From positions 154,690,001-154,754,000 of the forward strand of contig OX597815.1 of NCBI GenBank assembly GCA_951406725.2: DNA of 64,000 bases. The letters run 5' to 3'. The notes beneath the pieces are model-generated. The model was not told the origin of the DNA. It ran no database searches and saw only the letters and a list, made by a program, of their open reading frames with translations. Below, in pieces: positions 11,135-26,751 of this stretch. Both the position numbers and the translations under genes were made by a program. The stretch comes from Octopus vulgaris (taxonomy: Eukaryota). Each line of letters begins with the position of its first letter. Positions within the stretch are counted from its first letter, which is position 1.

Positions 11135-11485
11135 TTGGTGCAGTCCTATGCTATTTTAGCCGAACAAATCGATCTCAGTACTTAATTGTTAAGCCTGGTA
11201 CTTAATCTACCGGTTTCTCTTCTGCTGCTACGCTAAGGGGACGTAACCAAATCCACACCGGTTATCATCGTTCGGTGGAGGGGATCACACATGGACCCAC
11301 ATAGAAACAGGCGCGCGCGCATACACATAGATACGATAGGTTTGCACAAAATTCCCTTCTGCCAAACCTGGCCACAAGGCCGGCCTAGGGCTGTAATAGA
11401 AGATACTTGTCCAATGTGCCACTCCTTGAGACTGAACGGGATAATTGAGGGAGCTATGTATACTCTTTCTTATAAGTCCTGCTAC
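11135..11485 (-). mobile_element. Degenerate tRNA-SINE
   Basis: Similar to the 8010-8372 family. Confidence 0.55.
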
Positions 11486-14400
11486 CACGCAGATGTAAAC
11501 TCGGTTAGTAAACATTGGAATCGCTAAATCAGACTGTGTAACAAAATTTTAATTTTTTATCTTTTTTCTTTTTGTCTTTAGTCAGTAAATGTTATTTCCT
11601 ATCTGCTTCTATCTAGAAATCAGCATAACTGACTAATATTCCCGTGAAAATTGGCTTTTGTCACCTGGATATCAATGTTTTGAAACTGATCATTTCAGAC
11701 AGATTCAGCGTTGAGTTGCTGAAACAGAAATATTGTTACAGCAAATATTCTGCTCACTACCACAGATTTACTTGTCTGTTGCTTGACCTTAACCAATTGT
11801 GCATGTCTTTTAGTGGCTGATAACTTAAGCATCTCTGATTGTGAGCAGAAGTAGTGGAGGAGCATCATAGCCATGAGTTGGGAGGAAGTTTGTGGGGTTT
11901 GATGAGTGTAACAATTGCAAATATTGAAGGAAATAGCGCTTTTTCATACTTTCTAGGTGTAAGCAAATAAAAATAGCAGTTGCTACCAAGGACAAACATC
12001 GTGTTACACACTTATATAATCAACATTTGACATAATTTGAATATAACAGTGAGATACCAATCACAGCTGCATGAGATTTAAGGCAATAGGAGATGTGAAT
12101 TCTTTTAAAAATAATTGCTGCTGTTTTCAATTAATTTCTACAAAGAAATTTTACAATATCTTGATGTGCTAGTCTAAGGCAGTGAGAGGATAGAATCGTT
12201 AGCACGTTGGACAAGATGCATAACGGCATTTCTTCCACCTTTTTTAAGTTCTGAGTTCAAATCCCGCCGAAGTCAAATTTGCGCCTTATACCTTTTGAGG
12301 TCAATAAAAAAAGTACTTGTTAAGTACTGGAGTTAATGTAATCTACTTGGGCCCTCCTCTCAAAATTGCAGATCGTAAACCATGATCCGGATCGGCGTTC
12401 CGATCAATGCAATGTTGTGTTCATGGTCACTTATACCTCATGGGAACCGTGTAAAAGGGGTCTTATGAGTGCTAGAGCCTAAGAAAAATACTCTAGAAGG
12501 TAAGCGAAATTGAAAAGCGTTATGTCGACCGTCTTGCTTTATGATTCACTAGTCGCTTCGCTTTGCTGTGATATGTTTCAAGTAACAGAATTCTCTATAT
12601 GTGGCACTTAGAGTGCATTTATATATGTAAACCGTCTTATAATACTTTCGCGGTTTGCTTCAATAAACTTCTGGAAAACTGACTATGAGTATATGGCTAA
12701 AGTCAGTCCTCACAAGTAAAGTTTAATATTACAATTTAGATGTTTATGTGAAAACCCATCATCTTGCTCGCAGCATATCCTAGACTCAGTTCGGGCAATT
12801 TTAGTGAGGGTGATCGGAATAAAGAGTCAAACGAATTGTTTCATAATTGCAATATATTAGCAGACTATGAAACTCAACTGTATGACTTGGAGCAGACAAT
12901 AGAAAAAAGAAAAGTCCTTTTGAGAATGTATATATGTTGCGGCATTTGGGTAATATAAAACGTAGTTATATCAGAGTAGTATCGCGTTTTATAGATCCCG
13001 GTATTTATAAATATTACTTCTTTAGAACAACGCTATAGTTAATTAAATACATTAATTACTTCTCAGGAAAACAGCACAATGAAATCTTGAACAAACGACA
13101 AAGTTACAACATGTTGCATTATAGAGACAAGGTCGTAACCATTCACAAAATTAATCAATCAATAAATATTCTATGTACTTTTTCATGTCTTAAAAGATCA
13201 ATCTTTTAATGATTAGTGATTGATAGCGTTAATATTAATTTAATAATATTAATTAGTTACACCTGCTCCGGTTGCTAATTGGTTGAATTTTATTAGTTTG
13301 AATCTTACAAAAAAGCATATCTGGAAGATGAAAATGCCATTTATTGTCTTTTTTTTTAAATTATTTTTTCGATTCAACCTTTATTTAACACCACAACCAG
13401 AATAGCACATACTGAATTTAGAATTTCATGTTTAAATCGTTTTCATCGAGTGTAACTTTTATTATCACTTCTACTAATTTGGCTATTACTATAATTATTC
13501 CTGTTGCTGTCTCTACAACTGATACCATTTATACCGTTTCACATTTTCATTGTTGTTGTTTTATATGATATTGTTGAAGACAGATGGTCCTAATATGGAG
13601 TGTTACACATTCATATATATGCGTATGCGTGGGCGTTCGTGTGTGGAATGCGTCCCCGCTTTTGGCACTATTTTATAAGTATTACTACGCTGTGTCTAAA
13701 GTTATATAGGTGTCGCTGCGCTGAGGGTTAACAGTTCGTGTAACATGAAAAATAAACAAACACGTAAAACAATAACATTGGCTTTCATATTGGTTGTCTA
13801 TCCCATGAGAACGAAATAACACGTAACATGGATGTAGAAAGGGCAGTGGAATGTGAGAAATGCTAGATCTAACAAAGTGCCCTGTTGTTATTTTACAGCC
13901 CCTGAATTCTACTTTCTCCATCTCCCTTCTGCTTTCTATAAATTTGATAAAAATAAGCAACCGTTTACACACTGATGTCAATTTTGGCTCCTATCTCTTT
14001 AATTAACACTAGTGTCATTGAGTATACCAACAAGTAATGTATTTATAGATTCACTAGTATGTGGTGAAAATTTATGTGTATTCCTGTGTCTTTTCCTAAC
14101 GTGTTTCGGTGAACGATACAGACATCAAGGAGAAACTTAAAACAGGAGTGTTTTAGAAAGATTTTTATCTAGATATTTCTTCTGTACAGATTTATAGATA
14201 CTCTGTTTTTAAAATCGGTGGACCTGTAAATCAGAGAGATATCGGAAAATTGGTTGTATTTGGTGGGATGCTGTAGGGAGACTTTAAACCTGAATAGCCT
14301 GAATTTAGTTTTGCAGAAAACCAGGTAAGAGAAGGGAGAAACGAGGAGATTGGTGTCTATGTATACACAAATACCGCATTTTGGAGAATATTAAGTAGAG

Positions 14401-15194
14401 ACTGTATCTTCGATTGCTGCTCTGGGTTGTGAATAGATATAGAGAAATTTCTGTCTCATGAGAGAAATAAGATTTAATAGGTTTCACGTGTATAAAATGC
14501 AATGCGTGTGTCGTAGGTTAGAGAGGAGATATTGGAAATTGGAGAAGGGGAAAGAGAATTGGTCGGATGGGGTTATCTTTTGACATCAACGTGAACTGTA
14601 GAGACAGCTTTTGATACTTGGTCAGATCACGGAAACCCTCGATCCGGAAGTCTGGTGTGGATGCTTGTCACAGAGCAAATTTTGCAAAAAGTACTGAAGG
14701 GATAAATGACGGTGATAGACAAGGAAACGTGGTGCATACAGCGGCGCAGATAAAAATTAAAGACGAAGAGACATATCACGTTCTATTGAGGCAGATGGTA
14801 CCTTACAAAATATATAAGTATAACAATGAAGAAAAAAACTTAAATGAAAACTTTTTTTAAGGAAAAGCAGTTGCAGCAGCAGTAGTAGTGGTAAATGAAA
14901 GAGGTATCGCAATGTTGGTTTCAAATTCTGGCATAAGGCCAGTAATGTCAGGAGAAGGCGTAGGTCGATTACATCGACCCCAGTGTTTATTTTATCGTCT
15001 CCGAAAGGACGAAAGTCATATATATATATGCTCTTTGGTGTTATAGTATGGGCAGATTTGTGAAATCCAATGGATCTTTATATATTTATACAATTATACA
15101 AATATACTTTTTCAAGGAGATATGATTAACCTATTATAATGGGTAATACTACGCGTACTTTTTATATTGTGATGTAATCTTTGGACTAACAATG

Positions 15195-15290
15195 TTTCCG
15201 GCTGAAGAGAGCTTTAAACAATCTTTTATATCAATAATACACTGACGTAATAACAGATTGTTTATAAAGCTTGAAGCACGTGTACCGCGA
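15195..15290 (+). ncRNA. Hammerhead ribozyme with long stem II and a mutated GAAA
   Basis: cgg-CTGAAGA-gagctttaaacaatct...agattgtttataaagctt-GAAG-CACGTG-TA-ccg. Confidence 0.65.
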
Positions 15291-15329
15291 TATCCTTTGT
15301 GTTCTCTTTTTAATTTATATTTGTATGTA

Positions 15330-15375
<46 letters not shown>

Positions 15376-15507
15376 ATCACGTGACAGACCAGTCCATCAG
15401 ATGTAGTTACACATCGCTGGTCACAATGCGTTCGCATTGTTTTAGCCTTCGAATGACGCCACCACGCTGGCTAAACGAGCAGGCCAATATATATATATAT
15501 ATATATT

Positions 15508-17809
15508 GTTGACATCCTTTTTGTCTCGGGAGACAATGGAGTTGCGCATAAAATAGTCTAGTCCGGCTTTTACATTTCATGTCCTGATACATTTCCTGCT
15601 GTGTAGGACGAACACTCCCTCTGGCAGGTACCGCAAATGTAGCGAAGACTGTTCCTGGCTGGTTGTAATGCCATAGTTTCTTGTTGACGTCTTTTCTTGT
15701 CTTTCCATTTCTCCTCTCTCTCTCTCTCTCTCTCTGTCACTCTTTTGTATTCTCTCTTTTACGGTACGTCGCCAGTCTCCACGGTTGCCGGCAACTGCCT
15801 CCCAACCGCTAATATTGCAGGCCTTCACGTCCCTTTTGCAAACATCCTTGTAACGTAAGAACGATCTACCCACAGACCTAGTACCCCTAGCAAGCTCTCC
15901 GTAGAGTATGTCCTTGGGGATTCTGCCATCTTTCATGCGGCTAACATGCCCAAGCCATCTCATACGTCTTTGTGTGAGGAGTGCAAACATGCTTGGTATT
16001 CCTGCTTGCCTGAGGACATCTTTGTTGGTGATATGCTTCTGTCATTTGATGCGGAGGATTTTCCGGAGGCAGCGCAGGTGAAAGATGTTTAGGCGACGCT
16101 CTTGGCGTGTGTATAGCGTCCAAGTCTCACTTCCATACAGTAGAGTGCTAAGTACACATGCCTGGTAGATCTTCATTTTCGTGGTCTTGGTCAGCTTATT
16201 GTTGTCCCAAGCCTGTTTGGAGAGTTGGGCCATCGCAACAGCTGCCTTGCCAATGCGTATATTGAGCTCAGCGTCAAGGGATAGGTTGTAGGTGACGGTA
16301 GAGCCAAGATAGGTAAACTTCTCCACCTCTTGTAATCTGTGGTCTCCAATATGTATGTTTGGGATGTCCAATGTAGCCTGAACCATGATGTTGGTCTTCT
16401 TAAGGCTGATAGCTAAACCAAAGCCATTACATGCTTGCTCAAAACAGTTAATGAGCCTTTGGAGGACTTCTGTGTGTGATACCAGAGCAGCAGCATCAGC
16501 AAATAGCATCTCCTTGATCAGGACGTTTCTGATTTTGGTCTTGGCACGCAGGCGCGAGAGATTGAACAGTTTCCCGTCACTTCTACTGTGCAGAAAACAC
16601 TCCATCATCTGATATCTGAAAGGCATGTGAGAGTAAGAGCGAGGAGAAGATGCCAAACAATGTAGGAGCAAGGACACAACATTGCTTTACCCCGTTTTTT
16701 ATTTGGAAGGCGGCTGATGTTGAACCGTTGTGCTGTATGGTGCCTTGCATGTTATCATGAAAAGACTTGATGATCCTCAGCAGTTTTGGTGGACATCCGA
16801 TTTTTTGGAGCAGGATGAAGAGGTCTGTTCTGCTTACCGAGTCAAAGGCCTTTGTTAGATCAATGAAGGCCATATATAATGGCATTTTCTGCTCTCTGGA
16901 CTTTTCCTGAAGTTGGCGTGTGGAGAATATCATATCGATAGTTGATCTGCTTCTTCTAAAGCCACACTGCGATTCAGGATAGATTCGAGAAGCAAGTAGT
17001 TGTAGCCTGGCCAGGATAACGCGGGCAAAGGTCTTTCCAACAGTGCTTAGAAGAGATATTCCACGGTAATTGTTACAATCACCACGGTCACCTTTGTTTT
17101 TTTAAAGCGTAATGATGTTAGCATCCCGCATACCCTGAGGGACTGTACCCTCTTCCCAGCACTGACACAGAAGCTCATGAAGGTGCCGAAGCAGGATGGT
17201 GTTTTGTCGGCTTTGATGATCTCTGAGGGGATGCCGTTTTTTCCCGGAGCCTTGTTTCTTGCTACGGAGTCAACAGCCTTGGTGAGCTCTGCTATAGATG
17301 GCGGACTGTCAAGTTCGCACATGACTGGCAAGATCTTGACACTCTCGATTGCAGCCTCAGCCACTGTAGTCTCCCGTGAGTAGAGATCCTGGTAATGCTC
17401 CACCCATCTATCCATTTGCTTGCTTTGATCCCTGATGAGATCTCCAGTAGTTGATTTCAGAGGGGCTGACTTAGTTGCGGATGGACCGAGGGCCTTCTTC
17501 AAGCCGGCATACATCCCACGGGTGTTGCCCCTGTCAGCAGCTGACTAGATACTCTGACAGATTTCCTGCCAATACCTGTTTGCACAACGTCTGGCTGTCA
17601 GTTGAGTTTTATTTCGTGCCTTTCTGAGTTCTTCGAGTGGCTTTGTAGAAGAGTCACTCTTGTATTGCATCAGAGCTGCACGCTTTGTTTCGATAACTGG
17701 CTCCAGCTCTAAGAGCCCAGCATTGAACCAATCTGGGTTTTGCTTTTCACTCATGCGGAAAGTATCTATTGATGTCGTATACAAAGCTTCCCTGATATAG
17801 TTCCACCTA

Positions 17810-17810
<1 letters not shown>
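15508..17810 (-). mobile_element. RTE (BovB-like) LINE, 5'-truncated and frameshifted
   Basis: Motifs MIFSTRQLQEK, FIDLTKAFDSV, GVKQxCVLAPTLF, LFADxAAL, FTYLGS, LLYGSETW and RWLGHV in consecutive minus-strand ORFs; flanked by (TA)n. Confidence 0.92.
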
Positions 17811-17850
<40 letters not shown>

Positions 17851-18264
17851 CACGTATGCATATATACGGTGGTAAAGTGTCCATAAGACATCCGATAATG
17901 TATAGCAAACAAGAATTTCGATGGGAACATCACGTGCACTAACACTATCCATGAAGAAAGAAAGGTGACGCAAGTGATACAAAAACAGCCTTTTATGTGA
18001 AACCAACAGGTGGCTGGAAATGTTCCGTATCATCACAGAATACAAACGAGATGTTTGAAATAATTGTGAAAGAAACGAAATATATGGTAATTGCTAGACA
18101 ACAGAAAATATCGAAATCATTCAAAAAGCTACACTGCACAAAAGCTAGTTACATCTCTGGTTTACTATACAGAACTCTATATGTCTTTACAGTGCCCTAA
18201 TATAAAAGTCAATATAAAATACTACACTGAATCCTTATCTACATTATGTGTTTGCTTTAAAACT

Positions 18265-18920
18265 TGTGATTACGGAAAAGATATTTTGCGTAGGATATGA
18301 GCAGTTCCCATGAGCACTATCTTTTGAATTTCTGCCATTTTGGAGTTTCCTAGTATATGAGGTAGGTAGCAATCAGCTCCTTTTGCTATTATTCCCAGGG
18401 CACCTATGACAACAGGTATTGTTTTAGTCTTCAGGTTCCACATTTTGCTAATTCCTACATCAAGATCTTTATACTTGCTCAGGTTTTGGTAGATCTTGAC
18501 AGATACGATTATATCGATTGGTACAGTCATATCAATGAGGAGACATGATTTTTGAAGTCTTTCAATATAATGTCTGGCTTATTCGCATCTATCTTTCTGT
18601 CAGCTTGAATGGTGAAGTTCCAGAGGAGTGAGATGTGGTCATTTTCAAGCACTGGAGGTGGATTGTGTTCCCACCAGTTTTTATCATGGGGCAAGTCTGG
18701 GCTTTTGCAAATTACCCAGTGAATATATTGTGCAGCTCTACCATGCCTGTTGAGATACTCTGTAGGCGTAAGAAGATTGCACTTGGAGACAACATGATAA
18801 ATGGTTTCATTTTATTGTTGACATACATGACATGAGCTACTGCCGTTCTTTAATATGTTGGCCTGGTAGTTTCTTTTAGGTAGGCATTGATATTGGGCTG
18901 CGATGATAAACCTTCCTGCA
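18265..18920 (-). mobile_element. R4/Dong-clade non-LTR fragment (restriction-like endonuclease)
   Basis: IDMTVP..KYKDL..IPVVIGALG..IQKIVLMGTAHILRK. Confidence 0.8.
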
Positions 18921-19020
18921 TGTTGTATCACAGAATCTCAGTTTAATTTGTCCATGCATCAAACCTCTTCCTATCTATTGTTTTTTCACACACTGTACAT
19001 CATCAAAATACGATTCTTCA

Positions 19021-19205
19021 TAGGCGTAGGAGTGGCTCTGTGGTAAGTAGCCTGTTTACGAACCACATGGTACCCAGTTCAGTCCTACTGCGTGGCACTA
19101 TGAGCAAGTGTCTTCTACTATAGCCACGGGCCGACCAAAGCCTTGTGAGCGGATTTGGTAGAGGGAAAGTGAAAAAAGCCCGTCGTATATATATGTATAT
19201 ATATA

Positions 19206-19262
<57 letters not shown>

Positions 19263-19498
19263 ATGTGTGTGTGCGCGTTTGTATGTGTGTGTGTGTTTGT
19301 GTGGCTGTGTTTGTCCCCTCAACATCGCTTGACAATCGATGCCGGTGTGTTTACGTCCCCTTAACTTAGCGGTTCGAGAAAAGCAACCGATAGAATAAGT
19401 ACTAGGCTTACAAGGAATAAGTCCTGGGGTCGATTTACTCGACTAAAGGCGGTGCTCCAGCAAGGCCACAGTCAAATGACTGAAACAAGTAAAAGAGT
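19021..19498 (+). mobile_element. Full-length tRNA-SINE with internal (TA)/(TG) microsatellite
   Basis: A-box-like tggctctgtggtaag, B-box-like gttcagtcc, conserved tail gactgaaacaagtaaaagag shared with several copies. Confidence 0.8.
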
Positions 19499-22240
19499 AT
19501 ATGTTAGATCAAATAGAACAAACTCTTGATATGAATCTCATATTTCAAAACGACAATCAAAATCATATTCAAATTTGAGTGTCTATAGTATGATTGGTTT
19601 CTTTTCAGTGACGATGATTTAAACAATCCAACGACTTTTTTGGTTTAGTCATCAACGCCGTACAACCACATTTCGAAATATACGATCGAAATATTCTGAG
19701 AGACTGTATCTCGTTTTTCTTTTTATTTACCTGCTAGTAGAAAAGGCACAAATTTAACAGCAACACATATAATTTTTCCACTAAATTCCTGGCGTCTAAG
19801 GTTTTACAGGTGGCTACTTTTCGATATCCTTGTGGAAAATCAGGCGGTGACGTCCATGGAACTAAGCACGTACTTTTACAATACTATCATTATCTGCTAT
19901 TGTACAAAAACGACAAGATTAAACATTGTCTTGGGTGGATGTCATTCTCAATTTGAAATGCGTAAAACTTCTAATGATTTATCACAACACGTTCGTCTTA
20001 CAAAGGCTTCAGTCTATAACTTGTGATTAATCATTAATTGCACTAAACGTATATTCACTGTAACGCATAAAATCTCAGTAAGTGACTCACATAACGTCGT
20101 AAAACTGACTGAAAGTCAAAATCATCCATACACAATACATTAACTCGGTTGGTTGGAGCCCTGATCTAAAAGTTTTATTACTTTTAGGACAGGTCACGTA
20201 TTCAGAAAAATGTAAATCAACATATGAACAAACTGGAGTTATACGTATTAAAGTTTATGTGTATCCTGATGAATGTGATACGTTGGGAGGGGACGAAGAG
20301 GGGGGGGGGAGTGGAGGAGAGAGAAAAAAATTAACGACTCTGTTTTGAAAAGTATAATTCTTATGAATGTGTGCATGTCTCTATGCGTTTCTATAAATGT
20401 ATCAATGTGTGATTTTGTTTTCTTTCTAACAGCTTATGAACAACAATCTTACACTCACACTAATTCTGACAACACAAACATTGTATATGCAGATACACTC
20501 ACAAGAATACGCACTCGCATTTATTTTTAATATTTATTATTTCTATATTCCCAATATAAAGGAAATGAAACGCATCTACGTCATTTGGAAACCTGAAACA
20601 GTCTAACGAAATACTAGTTTACATTATTGCTAGATGATTGATCAGAATTTTCTAAACTTAATTGCAAACACATTCGTGATTATCTTTGCACTGAGGTGAA
20701 GAGGTGCAAAATAGATTAGAGATAGAAATAACTGCAATTAGCAGTGGAAATTGAATCAGTGCATATATATTTTTTTTTTATTATATTGTTGTCTTTTGTC
20801 ATTGAAGTCTAAAACAACATTTAATAATGTTTCCAAGGAAAATCCTAATTTACTCAAATACCTAATTACACTGGAATTATATAAAAATAATTCATGTTAA
20901 CCTTTTCTCTTAGTCAGTACCATTTACGGATATGCGTTTATATGCCATTCCAGATTGAATGGTATTAAAAATATATAGGATTCCAGTCTATATAGAAAAC
21001 ATGTTTTACGTACGTAGTCTACACTGGTAGCTAACCAAATAGACCCCCTCTCAGTAAAATAATGTGAGATGATGAGCAGAATTGAGTGGATAGAAAAATC
21101 TTGAAGATCATTATCATGCGAAGGTTTTGAGTCTTGTGTGCTGCCGTGAAATAAAATTTCATTTAATAAGATGCATTTAGATGGTGGGGAGTTATGGGAA
21201 TAATTTAGTACTGAGCATTTCCCTGTTTGTGGCTTCAAGCGTCAAACGAAAGGAACATATTTCGCTTTTAAGATGGAAAAAAATTCCTTCCCTTCTCATG
21301 AACCACTAAATATTATGAGAACGATGAACGCCTTTAAATGTATGTCTTTATGCGATAATTTACACAAACCAGCTTACGAATATTATATATTTTTGTAACT
21401 ACCCATGCTTCCTTGACAGTTAGAAAACTTCAACTAGATCATGAATAGACTTTTTCTAACAGGCAGTGTTCCATTGAGAAAGCATGTCAGATGAAGTCAA
21501 ACTCAAATTCTGTAACTTTTATAAAAGTTGATCATTTTGCAACATTAGCAAAATTGGTATCTAATTAAGGACACGCGATTAAATTTTTTTCCTTACGATT
21601 AAAATTAATCCCTTCAGAAACCGAAATAATGGCAAATTTCTTTAAAGTATATATACATGTGACATCTGAAAACATGTTGTTAACTTTTTATCACTCGGTA
21701 AAATGGTCATCGTATTCTATATTATTTCTTATGAATGACAGGGTTTAAAATATAAGCTTTACCATCACCTGATATTTTTGGTATTGAATACTAAATAAGA
21801 TAACATTCAAAGTATTATATGTTAATTGATACGTCATGTAAATGTAATAGAATCTTCGCCTTTTAGAAAAAAAACATGAAGATTCTTTGAAAATGAAATA
21901 CGAACAGTGACAAACTTAGAGATTGCTCGACAGAAAACTATTAAAAATAATGAAATAGCATTGAACTAAACTACTTTCAACCATTCTAAGCCATCAGATT
22001 CTATAAAACGTCAAGAAGACACTTCGGATTACTTTTTATTTACTTAAAATAAAAATAACAGGGTGCTTTCATTGAAATACGTGAGCTATATTCCTACTAA
22101 TTCATTTCAATAGATATTATTTCTTCTGAAAAGAACAGAACTTTCAGTAAAATAAAAAAAAGGCGTATATGTGTGTATGAAAAATAAATATATGCATACA
22201 TATGAGTGTGTGTGTGTGTGTGTACCTGTGTGTGTGTGTG

Positions 22241-22297
<57 letters not shown>

Positions 22298-23018
22298 AGA
22301 AGGTATGAGAGATGAATATATTTATATTTACACTATCTTATAGGTGAATATATCAAAGAATATGAATATATACATTGACTTTTTAATTCCTGTTGCATTT
22401 GCTTTTGCTTTTTATCTTTCTGGGATTAATAAAGTATCAAAATGTGCTAATCGGATCTGTGATCAAGTAAATTAAGCTTATCTATCCTAAAAAATGAGGC
22501 TTTGATGCGTATGTTACAAACCATTATTTAAATCGGTTCAGCATTGTCGATGGCCGAATCAGCATCGCAGACAATCTCTTACAATATCTTACCTCCTGGC
22601 ATTTAACTTTATGTTAATAATCTATGAGAAACTGTAAGCTGTTGTTTATAATTAAGAATCAAAAGTGAAATGCAAATAATTAAGCAAGCAGATTTCTCAA
22701 CAAGAGATTTAGCGCTCAAAGCAATTATATTTTACAAAAAATTTCTGCTTCCTTAAAGTATTTTACTTCGTGTATTTCTAGATTCAATTATTTAATGAGG
22801 TAGGACAGGTGATTTGGCAGACTCGTTAAACTAAATGCAATAGTTCTCAATCTTAAGCTATAATCTACATTTATGTAGCCTCGTACTATCAATAGTTATT
22901 TTAGCCCATTGACTCTCTCCCTCCCAACTTCTGTTCTTTCAACATGTGATCTCTTGAGCATCACCAGCTCAAATATTTTTTCCTCTGTCTTCCCTTCTTG
23001 GGATCTTTCCTTCTCCTT

Positions 23019-23053
23019 GTTTCCGACGAAGAGCTCCGCTCGAAATGTTAAAC
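23019..23053 (+). ncRNA. Minimal hammerhead-like motif, U4C variant (family B)
   Basis: gttt-CCGACGA-aGAGC(tcc)GCTC-GAAA-TG-TT-aaac. Confidence 0.5.
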
Positions 23054-23189
23054 CCTCCTTCCCTTCTTTCCTGAGCATCAATAATACTTTAATTGTTCCA
23101 CGTCCTGCTTTGCTGTGTTTCTTTTTTCTCTTTTTTCTGTGTTTTCTTGTTTGGATTAACTATATATATATATATATAGATATAGATAG

Positions 23190-23254
<65 letters not shown>

Positions 23255-24274
23255 TACTTCTGCAACCTAATTACCAGGTACATTTAAACTAGCCATAGAG
23301 AAGATCTTGCGACTCTGAAGCATCAAAAATAACTATAGGAGCATGACAGCCCACGCATTTAATGGAAATACATGTTGCGCTTTCACTCCATCACCTGCAA
23401 AATAGGGAAACTCAGCTTCTTGGCCGCTAGCTCCATGGTGAAACAACAAAGCTATCAAAATGACTTGCTTAGAATCATATGAAGTGTCTATTAGAGGATC
23501 ATTCCTTACTCATTTGGCGCTTGTAATTGTCGACTCTGCTGCCGTGGGAATCTACATACTGCAACAGCCCGAAGTTTTCCTTCATAGGAATATGACCAAC
23601 CTTATTGTTGGAACAGAAATATACTCTGTTAATGAATTACCAATCTTAGGTCGTTGATACTACTGATATATCCACGTGAAAGCAAAGTTGGGCTGCTCAC
23701 CCTACACACAGTCGAAGGTATACAATTTCCTACTGCTCCAGGGACTACAGTATACTCTAGTCGAGTGTATGAACTTATTTGTAACTTGACACCATTAACT
23801 TGGACTACCTCGTTTGCGATATTTACTATTGCGGGTTTTACATCTTGGATAGATGACAATGATTACATATTTCACCTATGAACTCGAGTGTCACGAAAGA
23901 CAGAGGGAAATTTCGATGTTTGAAAGTATCAAAGAAACAATTACGGGGTGAAATGGTTTAGCCTTAATCACTCTATCACATTATTATCACTGAACACTTA
24001 ATATTATTCTTCATTGTGTTTTGCACTTCTTAATAATCTAAATATGAGAGTAAACTTGTAATTTATATTACTCTGATCCTGTTTTTGTCTATTTTATTAT
24101 TTATGCATTTTGTATTTTGATTATAATTCGTCAATACACCAATGGCTTTAGTTTTGTGTGTAAACTGTTGAAAATGATACACTACTTTGGATATATACAC
24201 TCACATAGTACAGTAGTATTTTCGGGGAGGGTGTGTTGCTGTGTTGAATTTTGGATATACCAATTAAAAAAAAT

Positions 24275-25125
24275 AAAGCTAAAAATAGAAACAGACATAT
24301 TCTACAAAGCCACAGGCGCCAATCAATATCTACTTAATCCATGCCACCCAAGTCATACCAAAACAAACATCCCCATCAATCTTGCAAGAAGGATATGCAC
24401 AATTTTGTCAGAAAAAATACCACAGACTTTAGACTGCTAGAACTCAAAAACACCCTAATTGACAGGCACTACCCAGTTCAACTCAGAGGATGAAATCTGA
24501 CGTGCAACACAGATCGACATAGAAACCTTAAGAAAAGCTCAACACAGCAACACACCTACCCCGAAAAACTGCCGTACATATCAACATACACACCCAGAAA
24601 CAAAGAAGCCTTCACCGTCATCACCCAAAATTTACCAATGCTACACAAGGACCACAAATTAAAAGAAATTATACAGACGCTTAAGGCAAAATTATTTTCT
24701 AAAATAACGGGGGCAAAAGTGCAAATATGTGGTCGACCAAACCGCATAGCATGCTCAAAACTTCAAGAAGGATCAGAATTCCTTTTCAAAGCGGAAAACA
24801 AATTCAAAATCAAATCTGACTTTACTTGTGCCCCAGAAAACATATTTATGTTATAAGATGCTCGGGCTGCCACCAAAACTACATGGGGTCCACGGGATTA
24901 TCGCTCAGATTCAGATGTACTCTGCACTGAGAGCAGATTGAATTCCCAGAATACAGAATGATACCCTTTAGTGAACACATCGAGAAATGCGCAAAGCAAG
25001 TGCTACCACAGTTTGTTATATTTCCATTTTATCAATGTGCCATTGGAAAACCAACACAAATTAGATTAAATAAGGAAACCTACGACATTGAAAAATATAA
25101 GCCAAATCTTAACCACTCCTAACAT
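24275..25125 (+). mobile_element. Decayed 5'-truncated PLE (RT thumb, Zn-knuckle, GIY-YIG)
   Basis: KIETDIFYK..CHPSHTKTNIPINLARRICTI, CGRPN, FTCAPEN and CSGCHQNYMG; homologous to 4620-5533. Confidence 0.85.
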
Positions 25126-25491
25126 TCTAATTTTACTAAACCAAATCATGCTAAATTAACAAAACCTAGTCATTCCCAACATTTTTTATTATCTCCCTTA
25201 TGCTGAAAAAAATCTCTGATTACCTTCCTCGTCTGGAACTATCATACTTGACATCACAGCGAAGAGATGACCTAATATCAGTAAAAAAATTTGAGAAATT
25301 TGAAAAGAAAGTACGAAACTGCTTATTTCTCCCAAAACAATGTTACTATACACAAACGTTTACACCATTTTTCTAATATAACGATTTGAATAAATTCTTT
25401 AACCATATAACACAAGTCTTCAGTAGTCTTTTCACTCTATTTTGTCTTTTATACATCCAACCATGTGCTTTCACATACCAACTCTCTCACC

Positions 25492-25567
<76 letters not shown>

Positions 25568-25630
25568 TGTGTGCGTGTGTGTGTGTATATCTATATCTCT
25601 CCCTCTCTCTCTATCTATCGATCTATCTAC

Positions 25631-26403
<773 letters not shown>

Positions 26404-26576
26404 TTATTCATTCTAGCACACGATCTCAGATCAGGTCACTTACTATGCAAGTATATCTCCGTAATATATATATATATATATATATGTATGTATAATGATG
26501 AAAAGGAACACACGAGTTGATATATATGAAAAAACAAGTCAAGATAGAAAATGCTAAAATAATTTTAAAAGAACAT

Positions 26577-26618
26577 TTCAGTACCGGTTTCAGTCATTTT
26601 GAGACCTTTTCAACTATA
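26577..26618 (-). ncRNA. Minimal hammerhead ribozyme, U3-A8 variant
   Basis: Minus strand: tag-TTGAAAA-GGTC(tcaaaat)GACT-GAAA-CCGG-TA-ctg. Confidence 0.6.
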
Positions 26619-26751
26619 ACGATTAAATAATTAAATTTAGAAAAATTAAAAGAAAAGTTTTTTTAAAAGAATATTTTTATAGTGTTCAAATATATGTGGC
26701 ATTTTCCTTGTTTCTGCCTTTCTCTGTCTCTCTTGTTTTTTGCTTATCCCA

